A DNA stretch of 64,000 nucleotides. Source: Saccostrea echinata (lineage: Eukaryota). Under the pieces are notes generated by a model. It did not search any database and had not been told where the DNA came from. It saw nothing but the letters and a program-made list of their open reading frames with translations. The stretch covers positions 1,674,001-1,738,000 of the forward strand of contig NW_026889803.1 of NCBI RefSeq assembly GCF_033153115.1, given 5' to 3'. A program made the translations under genes and the position numbers. Positions 49,801 through 61,439 of the stretch are shown one piece after another; within the stretch, counting starts at the first letter, position 1, and the number at the start of each line of letters is the position of its first letter.

Positions 49801-52800
49801 CAAATATCATAAGCCATGCAATTTGTGTATATGTAGGTTTTGTGTGGTGGAAACTGCATCAAAGTGATCTCGGATAGTTCTTTAAGAGATTCTTATTGTT
49901 TTGTAAATAAATGTTATAAATTAAACCAGAATGATACACAATGCCTATTAATAGCATATTATTTCTTGTACTGTTTGTGCAGAGGCTGAGCTTATATACA
50001 AATAAATGATGTTCTGTTTATTAATTCACTGACAAGGATTATAAAAATTTTCAAAAAAATTTAAAATGTAATTTGTAATTTAATTAATTACTTTTGCAAA
50101 GTAATTGTAATTTAATTAATTACATGTCTTAGAAAGCCTGTAATTTAATTGTAATTTAATTGAAGAAAAAGTCAAAGTAATTGTAATTTAATTAATTACT
50201 TTTTAAAGTAATTGACCCCATCCCTGCAAGGGACATAATAATTTGCCACTTCTGCGCAAATCGTGTCACGTTTCCTCGCATGTTCGGTAAAGTAAGGCTG
50301 AGCACTATTAATAGACAAGAGATTTTCCCTTTCTAATTTTATCTTTGTGTTGTAATACTAAAATTGATGATGTATACACAATATTTTTGTCGTCTGCTTT
50401 ATTGTTTGTCGATAAATTTATGTAAAAACAGCATGGGTCGGAAGGGGAAAGAATTAGATACATCCGTCAGAAGTATGGTTGTTAAAGCGTATAAAGAGAA
50501 CAGAAATACATCAGAATTGGAGAGAATATTAGGAATTCCTAGGTCTACAATACGTAGTATTGTGAAAAAGTTTGATGAAATGAGACAGGTAGAAAATCAA
50601 CGAGGAAGGGGAAGGAAGAAAGTGTTTACAGACAGAGATAAAAACAAACTTTCACGCATGGTTAAAGAAAACAGACGAAGAACTTACGAAGACATAACAG
50701 GTATTATAAATGAGGGAAACAATCATAGTTTTTGCACTAGAACTAAAAAAAGAAAAATTCAAGAGCTGGGACACAAAAGGAGGGTTGCCAAAAAAAAAAA
50801 ACGCTATTCGCGAGGCCAACAAAAAAGCTCGCTGCAAGTGGTGCAAGGAGAGAAGAAATTGGACTGTTGATTGTGAATGGAATAAACGGGTGTTTAGTGA
50901 TGAAAGCCAGATAGTAATTGGTAAAAATAAGAAAGTTTATATATGGAGAAAAGACGAGGAAAAGTACAGTGCGCAGTTAGTGTGTCCGCCATCCCGACGA
51001 CATCTGAGTGTCATGATCTGGGGTTGTGAGTGTATAAAAGGAATAGGAACTTTAACTAATGTAGAAGGCAACATAAATGCAAGAAAATATATTGAGATAT
51101 TAGACAACAACCTTTGGCCTGTTTTAGCCAGACATTTTCCAGGTAACCAGTATGTATTTATGGATGACAATGCTCCCATTCATAGAGCAAATTTAGTAAA
51201 AGAATACATCGCCAACAACAACATAATTACAACATCATGGCTTGCCCAGTCTCCTGACCTTAATATTATCGAGAACATTTGGTCAAAAATAAAAAGAACT
51301 CTGGAAACCTGTGCCGAATTCATTAACACAAAAGATCAGCTTATGGCAGAAATTCGGACTGCCTGGGAAAATGTACCAACCTCCTATATTGAAGACCTGT
51401 GTAAGACAATTCCTGGCAGACTAAATGAAGTATTAAATATGAAAGGCAATTTAACAAAGTATTGAGGTAAGATAAGTATTTATTAATTGTTTAACAGATC
51501 CTAAGTATCAAGGTGCGCGATGTAAAAAGTATGGCGGCCATTTTGAAGTGGCGAATAATTATGTCCCTTGACCGTATTTCAATCAAACATATGCACCCAA
51601 AATTCATAGTTTTTATAATTTTTAGATAAAAGAAGCTTCTTAACAGGTTTCTATAATAATGTATCAGTCTGAAATGCTCTTGCAATACTGTATATAGGAA
51701 AATTTTCACCCCCATTTTTATTCTTGCCCCTTTCACCCTCTTTGCAAGAAGGTGAATTTAAAACAGGGCGAATTCAAAGAAAACTGCATTATCCCTTGTC
51801 TATGTGAATTTAGAAATGGGGCAAAATTGTTTGCATTTGTGAAAGGGTGAAAATAATATGGGACAAAAATAACCTGTATACAGTCCATGCCCCTTAAACA
51901 AATAAAAATTGAAGAATGCACACATTGTTCCATCACGTGAGTGTCTCATGTTATGTTTCATTTAGTACATGCATATATTCCCCCCCCCCCCCCCCCCCCC
52001 CCAAGAATTGGCATACTACTGGTAGGCCGGTACATGTGTACCTGTATTAGATTATTCTTGTTATTGTGAAAAAGTAATTAGAATTTTATTTCCTTACCCT
52101 CTCGGTTAGGTTTCCAAGAAATCCTAAATACAGTCTGACAAACTCTATGATAGTAAACACTATGTAGATGGCTATAAGTATGATTGCATACAGTGTTGAT
52201 AATGTGGAGTACTGTAATAAAGAAAATAATAAATACAAAGTTTAAAATGATAACATTTGGTAAATGATCAACACTAAATAAAAATGGAGCAATTTATAAC
52301 TTTTTTTACTTACTTTTACTTCAAAAATGACAAGGGTGGCCACCAGCCAGAAGGGAGAGAAGAAAGCATTAAAATACAGTGCCATCTGAAGGGGCAGATT
52401 TGTGACATATTCACTACCTGAAAATTAGACATAAGGCTATCAGTATAATCACATTTATAAATCTCAAAATATGTACATTTGAAACAGTAATTAATATCCC
52501 CCACACCTGGCCCCTATAAAATGACCCAGTCCACAGTACTGGAAATTGTCTTATCCCCCAATTACTACGTACTAGGGCACAAACATCTGAATGAACTCTG
52601 TTTGTGGTTTAGTACATGTATGTAGTAATTAGAGCCAAACAAACAGCTTATTTTAATCAGATTGAATGTATTAATAGTGAGTGTAGCAAGCTCTAGAGAC
52701 TAAGAGGAAATTTTAACTGAAATCTGTTCATTTGACAAGCAAATTTTCATGTGAAATCTTCCCAAAATTCTTCCACAACCACAAATAGGCACAATTCTAT

Positions 52801-54563
52801 GTGATAATTGCAAATATAACATGCCTGCAGTTATCATGAAGATTTTGTTCTTGCAGCTTGCAGAAAGCTTTAAAGAAACAAAACGCATCTACTCTACAAT
52901 GCTTTTCCTTCAAAAATTGTACCATTTAAGACTCTGATATGGAAATGCAACTAACATGCCATATCATGCGACTCACAGCCTAGACTCTCATGTGTTTGAA
53001 ATTTGGAGGCAGATCAAATTTCAAAATGTAGTTTTTAATAGTATACAAGTGTGCTCGCCCAAACAGCCACACCTTAAAACATATTAATTTAAACTATGTA
53101 AGGCCACAAAAATTTAAAATTTAGATTCTCATCATAATTTGCTCAAAAATTGGGGCGGGTGGGCGGATTTTATTTTTTATATTTTATTATTGAAAATATC
53201 TACATAACGCTCTTCTTACACAAAATTTTCACATTATGTTAATGCCAATATGAATATATTTTATTGTTGATTCTTTTAAATATCTACTGAAGATTCTTGT
53301 TATAGAATATTAAATATTTATAGTTTTAATTAATGATTTTTCAAGTACACAGATACTGCACACGCCACACAAAATGGGGTGCGGATCCCAATAAATTGCA
53401 TATGCTGTGTGTAGTTCTCATCGGCCTTTCTGCATATACCTTTTAGTTTTACCCAACAACTCCTTTTTGTTTTGTGTGAAATATCACAGATTTCCACTGT
53501 CCTAATACTTTCGTTCTTGGGACTTGACACGTTCAACACTAACATATGTCATTTTAGCAAAACAGGATGTCTAAAACTGTAAAATATTCTACTGAAAAGT
53601 CTATGCTCAACAGTTTTAAGATTTACCATTTCCTTATCTTCTAAAGTCTGCTGACGACCTTTTTTTTTTAAATACAAAATCACATACAACCGGCAATCGT
53701 TATAACTTGACCAAATGTCATTTTCTTCATCTGATTTTACTTGGTTAAAATCTCTTTAAAAACTTGCTCATGCCAGTGATGGTATCTAGATGTACTTAAG
53801 TTATTTTTGATTTTCTGCCTTCTCTATACTGGCAGGGACCTATATACTATATAGGTCCCTGATGCTGGCAAATTATTTTTCCCTACATATTTAAACTGCT
53901 TTTATTGCAGATTTTTCTCCATTCTTCACATGGCTTTTGTGCTATAAATAGTGCCACACGACTTTTAATACAGACGAGATATAACTCTTAAAAATTTTGA
54001 CCATGATTCTTGCTGAGTAAAAAATACATGTAAATACTTTTGAAACCCAAAAACCAAAATAAAAAACAACGGGGCGGGGCACTTTGAGCAGGACGGGCAG
54101 GGAAGAGAATCCAAAGTTTAATTTTACCTGGCCTAAATGGGATTAAATTGTGTATAGTGATTTTTTTTTTTCAACTTTTCCAAATTTAATTCAATACAAG
54201 TATAGATCTTGATCTAATGATCTTTACATTAATTTAAATTGGATGATTCAAAAAGCTATTTAATAAATAAGAATTAAACCTCCCTATGATTACATAATTT
54301 TAATAAAAATCCCTGATAAGAGAGTACACCACCCTGTTTCAAGAAGATTTATCAGGCAAACTATTTTTTCTCAATAGGCTTAAGAAGTGCCTGAACTTGT
54401 CCCAAAGTTTAAATGCCCAACAAGAACTCGAAGGACCGACAAAAACTACGGATCGCATACCAGCTTTAATTATTTGATGTTGCTGGGGATCCTGCGCGGA
54501 TTTGGAAGGAGGAAATATAACATCTGTCACAGAATTCACTGTTCTTCGCAGTGTAGCTTCCAT
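46813..54563 (-). CDS. TMEM17: Transmembrane protein 17 (ciliary transition zone, MKS module), 199 aa, 4 exons
   Basis: Exons 54563-54461, 52417-52314, 52211-52098, 47091-46813 total 600 nt. Motifs EYVTNLPLQMALYFNAFFSPFW, IEFVRLYLGFLGNLTERVPELAGSWLLTILIQLPL, LPLERAVHI and FHLKQF match TMEM17. Confidence 0.92.
47413..48268. mobile_element. Mutator-like MITE, 9-bp TSD CAAGCTATA, carrying a nested Harbinger MITE
   Basis: caagctata|cattctctatccagagtt ... aactctggatagagaatg|caagctata. Confidence 0.8.
47710..48138. mobile_element. PIF/Harbinger-type MITE, TAA TSD
   Basis: taa|ggccaaacaaaaaaatatgtgtggttccggttac ... gtaaccggaaccacacatattttttttatttggcc|taa. Confidence 0.8.
48909..50226. mobile_element. 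hAT-type MITE, TIR CAGGGATGGGGT, 8-bp TSD CAAGGGAC
   Basis: caagggac|cagggatggggt ... accccatccctg|caagggac, with dense subterminal gtaatt/aattac repeats. Confidence 0.88.
50433..51465 (+). pseudogene. Tc1 DD34E transposase with a single frameshift in an A12 run
   Basis: MGRKGKEL..HTH..GRGRKK in one frame; FSDES, MIWGC, FMDDNAPIHR and QSPDLNIIENIW in the +1 frame. 34 residues lie between the second catalytic D and the E. Removing one A from 50790-50801 restores a single ORF. Confidence 0.9.
51688..51883. mobile_element. Short Tc1/mariner-type MITE
   Basis: ta|ctgtatataggaaaattttcaccc ... aaaataacctgtatacag. Confidence 0.65.
53102..54133. mobile_element. PIF/Harbinger-type non-autonomous element, TAA TSD (TMEM17 intron 1)
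   Basis: taa|ggccacaaaaatttaaaatttagattctc ... gagaatccaaagtttaattttacctggcc|taa. Confidence 0.65.
53833..53861. mobile_element. 29-bp palindromic insert (CAGGGACCTAT family) with 7-bp TSD; probable P-superfamily footprint
   Basis: atactgg|cagggacctatatactatataggtccctg|atgctgg. Confidence 0.7.
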
Positions 54564-54896
54564 AGCAATAATCACATTCAGCGCCCAACTTTCCGGAAAG
54601 TAAACTTAGTAAATAACACCTGAACCGAACCGGGAAAAATACAAACAATGTTGAGGGCGGTGCATCGAAACGCCGAAATGTCGGGTTTCTGCCGAAATGT
54701 AAGTAGAATGCGCCGAAATGACTAATGAAATACTGCAATGACTGTGGATATCAATTGATACGGATACTAATACCCCAAAAACATAAACTTTTTGAGGTCA
54801 ATCCTTACCCCTAAGGTTTTAGAGCCCATTTATCGTAAATATTGGAGGAAGTCAGCCGCCATTGACGGGTTTCATAGTATACCGTATACCACGCCC

Positions 54897-54942
<46 letters not shown>

Positions 54943-55078
54943 TCTTATAAATTACAGATATGTTATAAATGTTTCAGTCATTATACAATTATCATTATTT
55001 ATGAGGAAAAACATTTATTTTTTCAAGAATAAAAGAATAAATGATTTAAAAACATAATTATCAATTATAAATTATTGT

Positions 55079-56797
55079 CCCATAGCAAAAAGAAATGGCA
55101 TTTTTCCATTTTATCTCCATTCATTCAGCATTTTCTAGCCATTTTTCATTTTAAAAACATTTTTCCTACATTTCTCTATCTTTCAATTTTCCAAAACCAT
55201 TTTTTCAGAACCATTTCAAAACCATTTTTGTTAGAAAATGCTTTTTAAATGGTAAACCTTCACCATTTTTTCTCCATTTACTTGAGTAAATGGAAAAGAA
55301 ATGCCAGTTTGGTGATCTAACTTGCTTGAGCTTGCCATTTTTCTTCCATTTATTTTCTGAGAAATGGAAAAATGAAGAAATGGTTAGTTTTAGGCATATT
55401 CTTAACCCTTAAGATTTGTCAGCAGTTAATTGATGCCAGGTGCCAAGTTTGTATAATGGGCCAGAGGCTATCAGATTTCCTCCCCAGCTCTGTGGTGACC
55501 GCCTTTCTCAGTTATTTTAAACATTGGACAAAAGCACTTCGACCTAGCTGGTAGTGATGGAGCTTAGATGGCTGAATTATTCTTCAAGGAAGATTGGGGT
55601 TTTTAGTATTTTTGATGCTGAAAAAACTGTACATTGATGATCAAAGCAGAATTATAAGATAACGTAACTTCTTGGAGAATGATTATCTGACAGTTTTAAT
55701 GTTTCTAATATTTGGGGAGTGGTGGAGAAGAAAAACAACACATTTACCATCACTGAAAGGGTATTCTTTTTGAGAAGTAAGTATATATATTCACATATTT
55801 TTATTAATGTCAACAACACAAAAATGCTTTTTCTAAAGAAAACATGTACATTAGGAGTGTCCACTGATCATATTGATGCAATAATTAATTTATAAACCAA
55901 TCTAGTTAAAACTTAGACTGATCGAGGGACACTATTGTAAATTCTTATAAACTTCAATTATTAACTATTTTCTTGCTCACTTTTCTCAGGTAAATGGTTA
56001 AATTTCTTCTGCAATCTGTTCAACCTATTAAATCATTTGTTTCTGATGAAATAGTGAATATACAGGCAGGGCAGTACTTGTACATGTATACTTATATTGT
56101 TCATGAATACAGACCTCGTAAAAGTTATTAGATTTATGCTACAGGAGTAACGATCAGCTGCAGTAGTGAAAAAAAATTGACAAAACAGTTTTCTGTTCTT
56201 TTCTCATTATGCATTTTGTTTATTTTTAGAATATGTACTGCTTGCATATGGAACACCAAAATGAACATGGAAACTGTAAATTGTCAAAGATGCAGACTAC
56301 CATTATTCAAATCGAATTAGGAGATTAATCCATCAAAATTTCTAGGAATGCAAAACAAAGTTTGTGAAAAAATAAAACATTTGACCTTTGTTTCATGACT
56401 GACTCTACTACCAAGAAGATGGATTTTCAAAGCGCTTATTCTGTGGATATTGAGAACCCAGCTTTTTTCATTTTTCAATTATTGTAAAAATGTTTTTAAA
56501 ATGGATATTAAATGGTTAAAACAAAAACCATTTATTTTTCATTTTTCTTCTCATTTGCATAAATGGTTTTGGAATGGTTAATTTGCATGTTATAAGGCCC
56601 AAAAAAATGGAGTTTGAATGGATGTTAAATGAGGTTTGAATGGAAATAAAATGAAAAATGGTTTTTAAATGATAATCCTTTCTGTTGAGAATTCTTGAAA
56701 CTGTTGATGATATAAAATGGCTCCCGAATGGTTTTAAAATGGTCAGAAAAGAAATGTCTTTTAAATGGTAATTAAATGGATTTCATTTTGATAAGGG
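55079..56797. mobile_element. Non-autonomous CACTA/EnSpm-like element (CCC...GGG termini, 2-bp TSD GT)
   Basis: gt|cccatagcaaaaagaaat ... atttcattttgataaggg|gt (15/18 TIR match), with many subterminal ccattt repeats on the left and aaatgg repeats on the right. Confidence 0.65.
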
Positions 56798-58076
56798 GTG
56801 AATATCAATGGAATATTATTGATGTACAATTGATAAATTTATATCGTAAACAATGTTTGGAAACTGGGGATTTTGTTTTCTGTTTGTTTGTGTTTTTTAT
56901 TTAATTTTTTTTCTTTGTATTAATGGTTTGAACATATTTTATTGTATAAATAATATACAAATGGTTTGAACACAAGTTCTAACAACTTACGAGGTTCTCA
57001 CCATAAATGTCTACAACTGTCAAGATCTATATACATTAATTACATGATAAATATATAACTAACTAGAGTTTTAGTGTAAGGCTGTAATAATTAATTAAAT
57101 CTGCCAGAATCTCTTAAAAATTTTTGTTCAGATTGAAAAATATATTTATTGATTTCAACATTTTGTGACTCATCTCCCCACAGAAGTAGGTGACAATCAA
57201 TAATATTCAATTTAGTGTTTGGTTTAATAAGACACAGTAGGTTTCTAAATAGTTCCTCTCTAGCATGTTGATATTTATTACATACAAAGAAGAAATGATC
57301 GATATATGGGTCTTCTGGTGTACCACATGACTAATTTATAGGACTCTCAATAATGTTTCTTTTATAAAGATCATAATTTAATTGTATTTATTTAATTAAA
57401 TAAATCTTGAAAAGGATAGAATGCAAGTTATTTAAACTTAAAAGATCCTTTCCTCATTATACAAGCAGTGTATAAAATATGATTGTCATAACAGTTATAT
57501 CATACAAGCAATATATATTAATTTGAACAAGAAGATTGCATGTTTATCAACTTCATGCAGATGGATCAAGTACTTAATGAATTTTTTGAGAATTTGGAAA
57601 TTTATCACAGTTTCAATCACCTTAAGTAATAAAATAAAATTGTCTCTCATATGGTGTGTACATTAATTTGTTAGACACAATTTGTGCAATAAGTTATTCA
57701 TGTTTCATGCTGGTAGCATTTGAACTTAACATTTTGTAATATTTTGTATTATATGTTGAAATGCGATAAGATGTATGTCTTAAGCAATAAATAAATAATA
57801 ATAATATATTAATGATGTGAATTAATTAATTTAACAAAACAAAGGGAAACACTGTAATATAGTAAATGTCATCTGATTCATGTTTTGGTTTCTTAAAAAT
57901 GCTTTTAACTATATAAATACATATGTTTACATATTGAATTTAGTTTAATCTTATAAATCTTCTGCCATTTGCCTTTATTGTATATGTTGTGCCTCTTTCA
58001 TTAAACATCATTAGTGAACCTGATACAAGTCACATGCAGGCATCTTCAATTACACACAGGGAAGCATCTTGTGTAT

Positions 58077-58380
58077 CCCGTACGAAAAAATCCAGGCGGA
58101 GAATAGGCGGATAGTATAGACGGAATCCGTCTGAATAAAGCTATATAAAGCATTATGATGCTTAGGTGGAATACAAGCGAAATTCAGGTGGATTTTAGAT
58201 GGAATTCAGGCGGAAAAATAGGCGAAAAATGCAAATTAGTCCGCCTGTGAATTCCGCTTTTCAAATCCGCTTAAATATTCCTGCTAAAGCATTAGTAGAA
58301 TATTGGACGGAATTCAGGCGGACTTTAGACAGAATCCGTCTAAAGATTCCGCTTAAATATTCCGCCTAAAAATCTGTAGA
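58077..58380. mobile_element. Putative CACTA/EnSpm-like terminus with subterminal repeats (partner end not found)
   Basis: Begins cccgtacgaaaaaatccaggcgg. About 15 copies of aggcgga/tccgcct-like motifs occur in both orientations over 300 bp. Confidence 0.5.
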
Positions 58381-58568
58381 AAAATAACAATGAAGTAAAA
58401 CATAACGTTAGTACATTATTTATTAACTTATTTAAAGTTACATCTGACTTCAAAAGTTAAACTATTACTGTCTATTTCAAACTTTTAAATTGGCTTTTAA
58501 ATCAGCTGAAAGAAATCTTTTACTTGTATTCAGCAAGAGTTCACATGAAATTAGTCCTCTTATGATCC

Positions 58569-60031
58569 TCAGTTTTTTGTCGCTTTGCTTTTAATCTTTT
58601 TCCTGGCATACGACACCTGCTCTGTCACTGCGTCATTTACACTCTTCTCAGAAAATGACCCACCATTCTGATTACACCAGATGGCTATATATTCTGAAAA
58701 AAAGTAGACAATACTAAATTTAGCACATTATTAGAATTGAAATTTTGTTATTTTTAGATATTTCAGGCAAATTAAGTTCTAATTGTACTATTTTGACATT
58801 TCTTAATTTCATCATTGTAATTCTATAATCATCATTGAAGACAAAATGATTAATGTAAGAGATTAGAGAAACAATGTTACTGATGTCTGTACCCTTTAAG
58901 ACGTCCATTTTGGAGTTATCCAAAACAGGTCTCAGGTCCCCTTCTTTGGATTTGATTCCTTGACCCCTGCTAGATGCCAACTCCTCCCAGGAAAATATGG
59001 CCGGTAGAAGTTTGGCCGTCATAGTAAAGGCCATTTTGGTGGGATGGGCCTTTTTGGCGGCATCTTTGGCCTTCCTTAGAGATTCTCTCCTCACTTTCAA
59101 GCTGTGATGAGCCAGGAGTTTTGTCATCTGCAATCAAAGTAAATTGCTTATTTCTGATATAATTATATCTAATGGGAAACATATCAAACTCAGAAAAAGG
59201 GAAACATTTTAAATTTGGCATTTGGGGTAAAAAAAAAAAGAAAAGTTTGACTCACCTGGCTATCAGAATCCTCTGGTGTTGAGGCATGTTTTCTCGGAGA
59301 TCTCCTTGGAGTAGTTGGCAGGGTATTTTGTTGCGAAATCACAGGAGATGTGGTGCTCTGAGGTGACAAGGTCATGTTCTGTACTGATTGTGTGACTGTG
59401 TTTTGAAATGAAAGTGTATTTGTGTCTTGTACTGACTGAGTGACTGCATTTTGAAATGGAAGCACATTTGTGATACTCAATGGATCTGTGTTTGTGTTCT
59501 GTAAAGACTGAATGTGTGTGTACCGTGGTTGAATATTGTGGGTTGTGATAAAGCTCTGAGGAGTTGAGATGACATTGTTATCCTGTAAAGTTGTGAAATG
59601 TTGAAAGTGTGTGTTGCGTGTTGTACTTTGCTTTGTTGGTGTTTTGAGTGTTGGTGTATTAAGTGTTGTCTGTGGTGTTTGCTCTGATATGTAAGTGTCA
59701 TGTGCGGACCATGGGGGTGGCTGTGTGTAGTTTGTGTATGGAGTCCATGTTTGTGTAGTCAAAGTAGGCATCCTGATCTCCTGGTCCAAAGTTTCATATG
59801 ATTTGTCTACCATCTGAACAAATAAGGAAAAACAGAATGTTAGGATAGTCATATTCACACTCTGAATAACAAGATATATATAATGTCTGACAATTGAATA
59901 CACTACCTGGGAGTTCACACAGCTTTCAGACTGTCCAGACTTGAATTGTTTTACAACGGCCTGCATGTAGTCCTGCACACTAGGTTTTAGCAACAATTCA
60001 AAGAGCTGAACTACGTCTGCTGGTGGAACTA
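58569..60031 (-). CDS. BEN-domain protein with a Thr/Gln-rich low-complexity middle region; 5' end not identified
   Basis: Exons 60031-59907, 59813-59256, 59127-58893, 58693-58569 splice in frame (GT-AG). The C-terminus MTAKLLPAIFSWEELASSRGQG..RPVLDNSKMDVLKEYIAIW..SVNDAVTEQVSYARKK fits the BEN pattern (LL..FS.EEL...G...LD......R-K). TPRRSPRK lies before the domain, and AATAAA is on the minus strand near 58420. Confidence 0.65.
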
Positions 60032-60247
60032 CTGAAGAGAATAAAAAACAGTGATATACTAATTAGCATAGTAATTATCAATAGTGTAAAGAGCATTATT
60101 ACATGAATCATTTCACATTGTTATGTCGTGTTTTCACTGTAAAAAATAAATAAATAAATAAAATAAACACGAAAGATAAATTTCACCTTTCGGTGGCTGG
60201 TATAAAAGGACATGGTATGAATATTTTTTAAATTTAATTCGTGGAAC

Positions 60248-60281
60248 CAGGGAGCTATATACATAGTATTATAGGTCCCTA
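60248..60281. mobile_element. 34-bp palindromic insert (CAGGGACCTAT family) with perfect 7-bp TSD; probable P-superfamily footprint
   Basis: gtggaac|cagggagctatatacatagtattataggtcccta|gtggaac. Confidence 0.7.
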
Positions 60282-60303
60282 GTGGAACAGGCACATGTTT
60301 CTG

Positions 60304-60306
<3 letters not shown>

Positions 60307-60376
<70 letters not shown>
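60307..60376. repeat. (TA)n microsatellite
   Basis: Continuous TA run adjoining the inverted repeat. Confidence 0.95.
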
Positions 60377-60379
<3 letters not shown>

Positions 60380-60412
60380 CACTAAAAATGACCAACGACA
60401 CGAACAATAATA

Positions 60413-60454
60413 ATTGTCAAATTTTCGGGACAACCTGTCCCTTCCTCAGGACAA
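60413..60454 (-). ncRNA. Minimal type-I hammerhead ribozyme motif (minus-strand copy)
   Basis: Reverse complement reads AUUGUC-CUGAGGA-A-GGGACA-GGU-UGUCCC-GAAA-AUUU-GACAAU. Confidence 0.7.
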
Positions 60455-61118
60455 TGAAAAAAGTTAAGAAGTCATAAAAACAAAGGAAATAGAGAAGCAA
60501 AAACAACTAGCACTACTACTAAACTACCAAACACTAAATATTTACAATGTTACATGTTTAATTTTGAGTTTATAAACAGTTGTGAACAAAGAAATCCGGA
60601 GCGCTATGAATTGCGTCCGGTCTATCGGGTGTAGTCTGGTGAAGTGTGATTTACATAATTGAACGAATTAAGATATTAGTATTAGTAATCCTGGAACAAC
60701 CTACCCAAATATTTACAGCTCACATTTTTGTTTATTTCTTTTTTCCGATTTCCAAATTTAAAATATATATCCAAATTCATATTTCTAAATTGTCCTTCCA
60801 TATTATCTTTCTTTAATTTCTGTTTATTATGTAGAGTTACGCTATTTTGATAGAATAAGACAATGTACGATTTACTGTTGGCCTTAATTAATTAGCGATA
60901 ATTAATTCGTTCAATTATGTAAATCACACTTCACCAGACTACACCCGATAGACCGGACGCAATTCATAGCGCTCCGGATTTCTTTGTTCACAACTGTTTA
61001 TAAACTCAAAATTAAACATGTAACATTGTAAATATTTAGTGTTTGGTAGTTTAGTAGTAGTGCTAGTTGTTTTTGCTTCTCTATTTCCTTTGTTTTTATG
61101 ACTTCTTAACTTTTTTCT

Positions 61119-61159
61119 TTGTCCTGAGGAAGGGACAGGTTGTCCCGAAAATTTGACAA
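61119..61159 (+). ncRNA. Minimal type-I hammerhead ribozyme motif (plus-strand copy)
   Basis: Stem I UUGUC/GACAA, core CUGAGGA at 61124-61130, stem II GGGACA/UGUCCC, GAAA at 61147-61150, and a self-complementary AAUU in place of stem III. Confidence 0.7.
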
Positions 61160-61259
61160 TTATTATTGTTCGTGTCGTTGGTCATTTTTAGTGCTTTATA
61201 TAAATTTCCATCCGTGACCTTGTATCTACTTAGTAGATCCGACACTTAGGATATACAGT

Positions 61260-61439
61260 NNNNNNNNNNNNNNNNNNNNNNNNNNNNNNNNNNNNNNNNN
61301 NNNNNNNNNNNNNNNNNNNNNNNNNNNNNNNNNNNNNNNNNNNNNNNNNNNNNNNNNNNNNNNNNNNNNNNNNNNNNNNNNNNNNNNNNNNNNNNNNNNN
61401 NNNNNNNNNNNNNNNNNNNNNNNNNNNNNNNNNNNNNNN
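61260..61439. other. Assembly gap (N run)
   Basis: Run of n characters. Confidence 0.99.

Larger units (their letters stand above)
48897..51574 (+). mobile_element. Tc1-family transposon (TA TSD, ~30-bp TIRs), left TIR split by a hAT MITE
   Basis: TA|cagtcaagggac[insert]ataataatttgccacttc ... gaagtggcgaataattatgtcccttgaccg|TA. Contains the transposase at 50433-51465. Confidence 0.88.
48490..51894. mobile_element. TTAA-target (Kolobok-like) element hosting nested Tc1, hAT and mariner-MITE insertions
   Basis: ttaa|aggggcatggacac ... gtccatgcccct. Segments 48490-48896 and 51577-51685 align collinearly with the uninterrupted relative at 34270-34840. Confidence 0.7.
60371..61259. mobile_element. 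Penelope-like retroelement remnant: inverted pseudo-LTR pair at a (TA)n site
   Basis: 301-bp arms 60371-60671 and 60902-61202 (one mismatch seen), a 230-bp spacer and a short 3' tail. Each arm carries a hammerhead motif. No RT or GIY-YIG ORF is visible. Confidence 0.75.

Noticed and set aside
58970-59221. 83-aa minus-strand ORF overlapping the BEN exon
   Set aside because: Alternative frame; splice phases and the BEN motif support the other frame.
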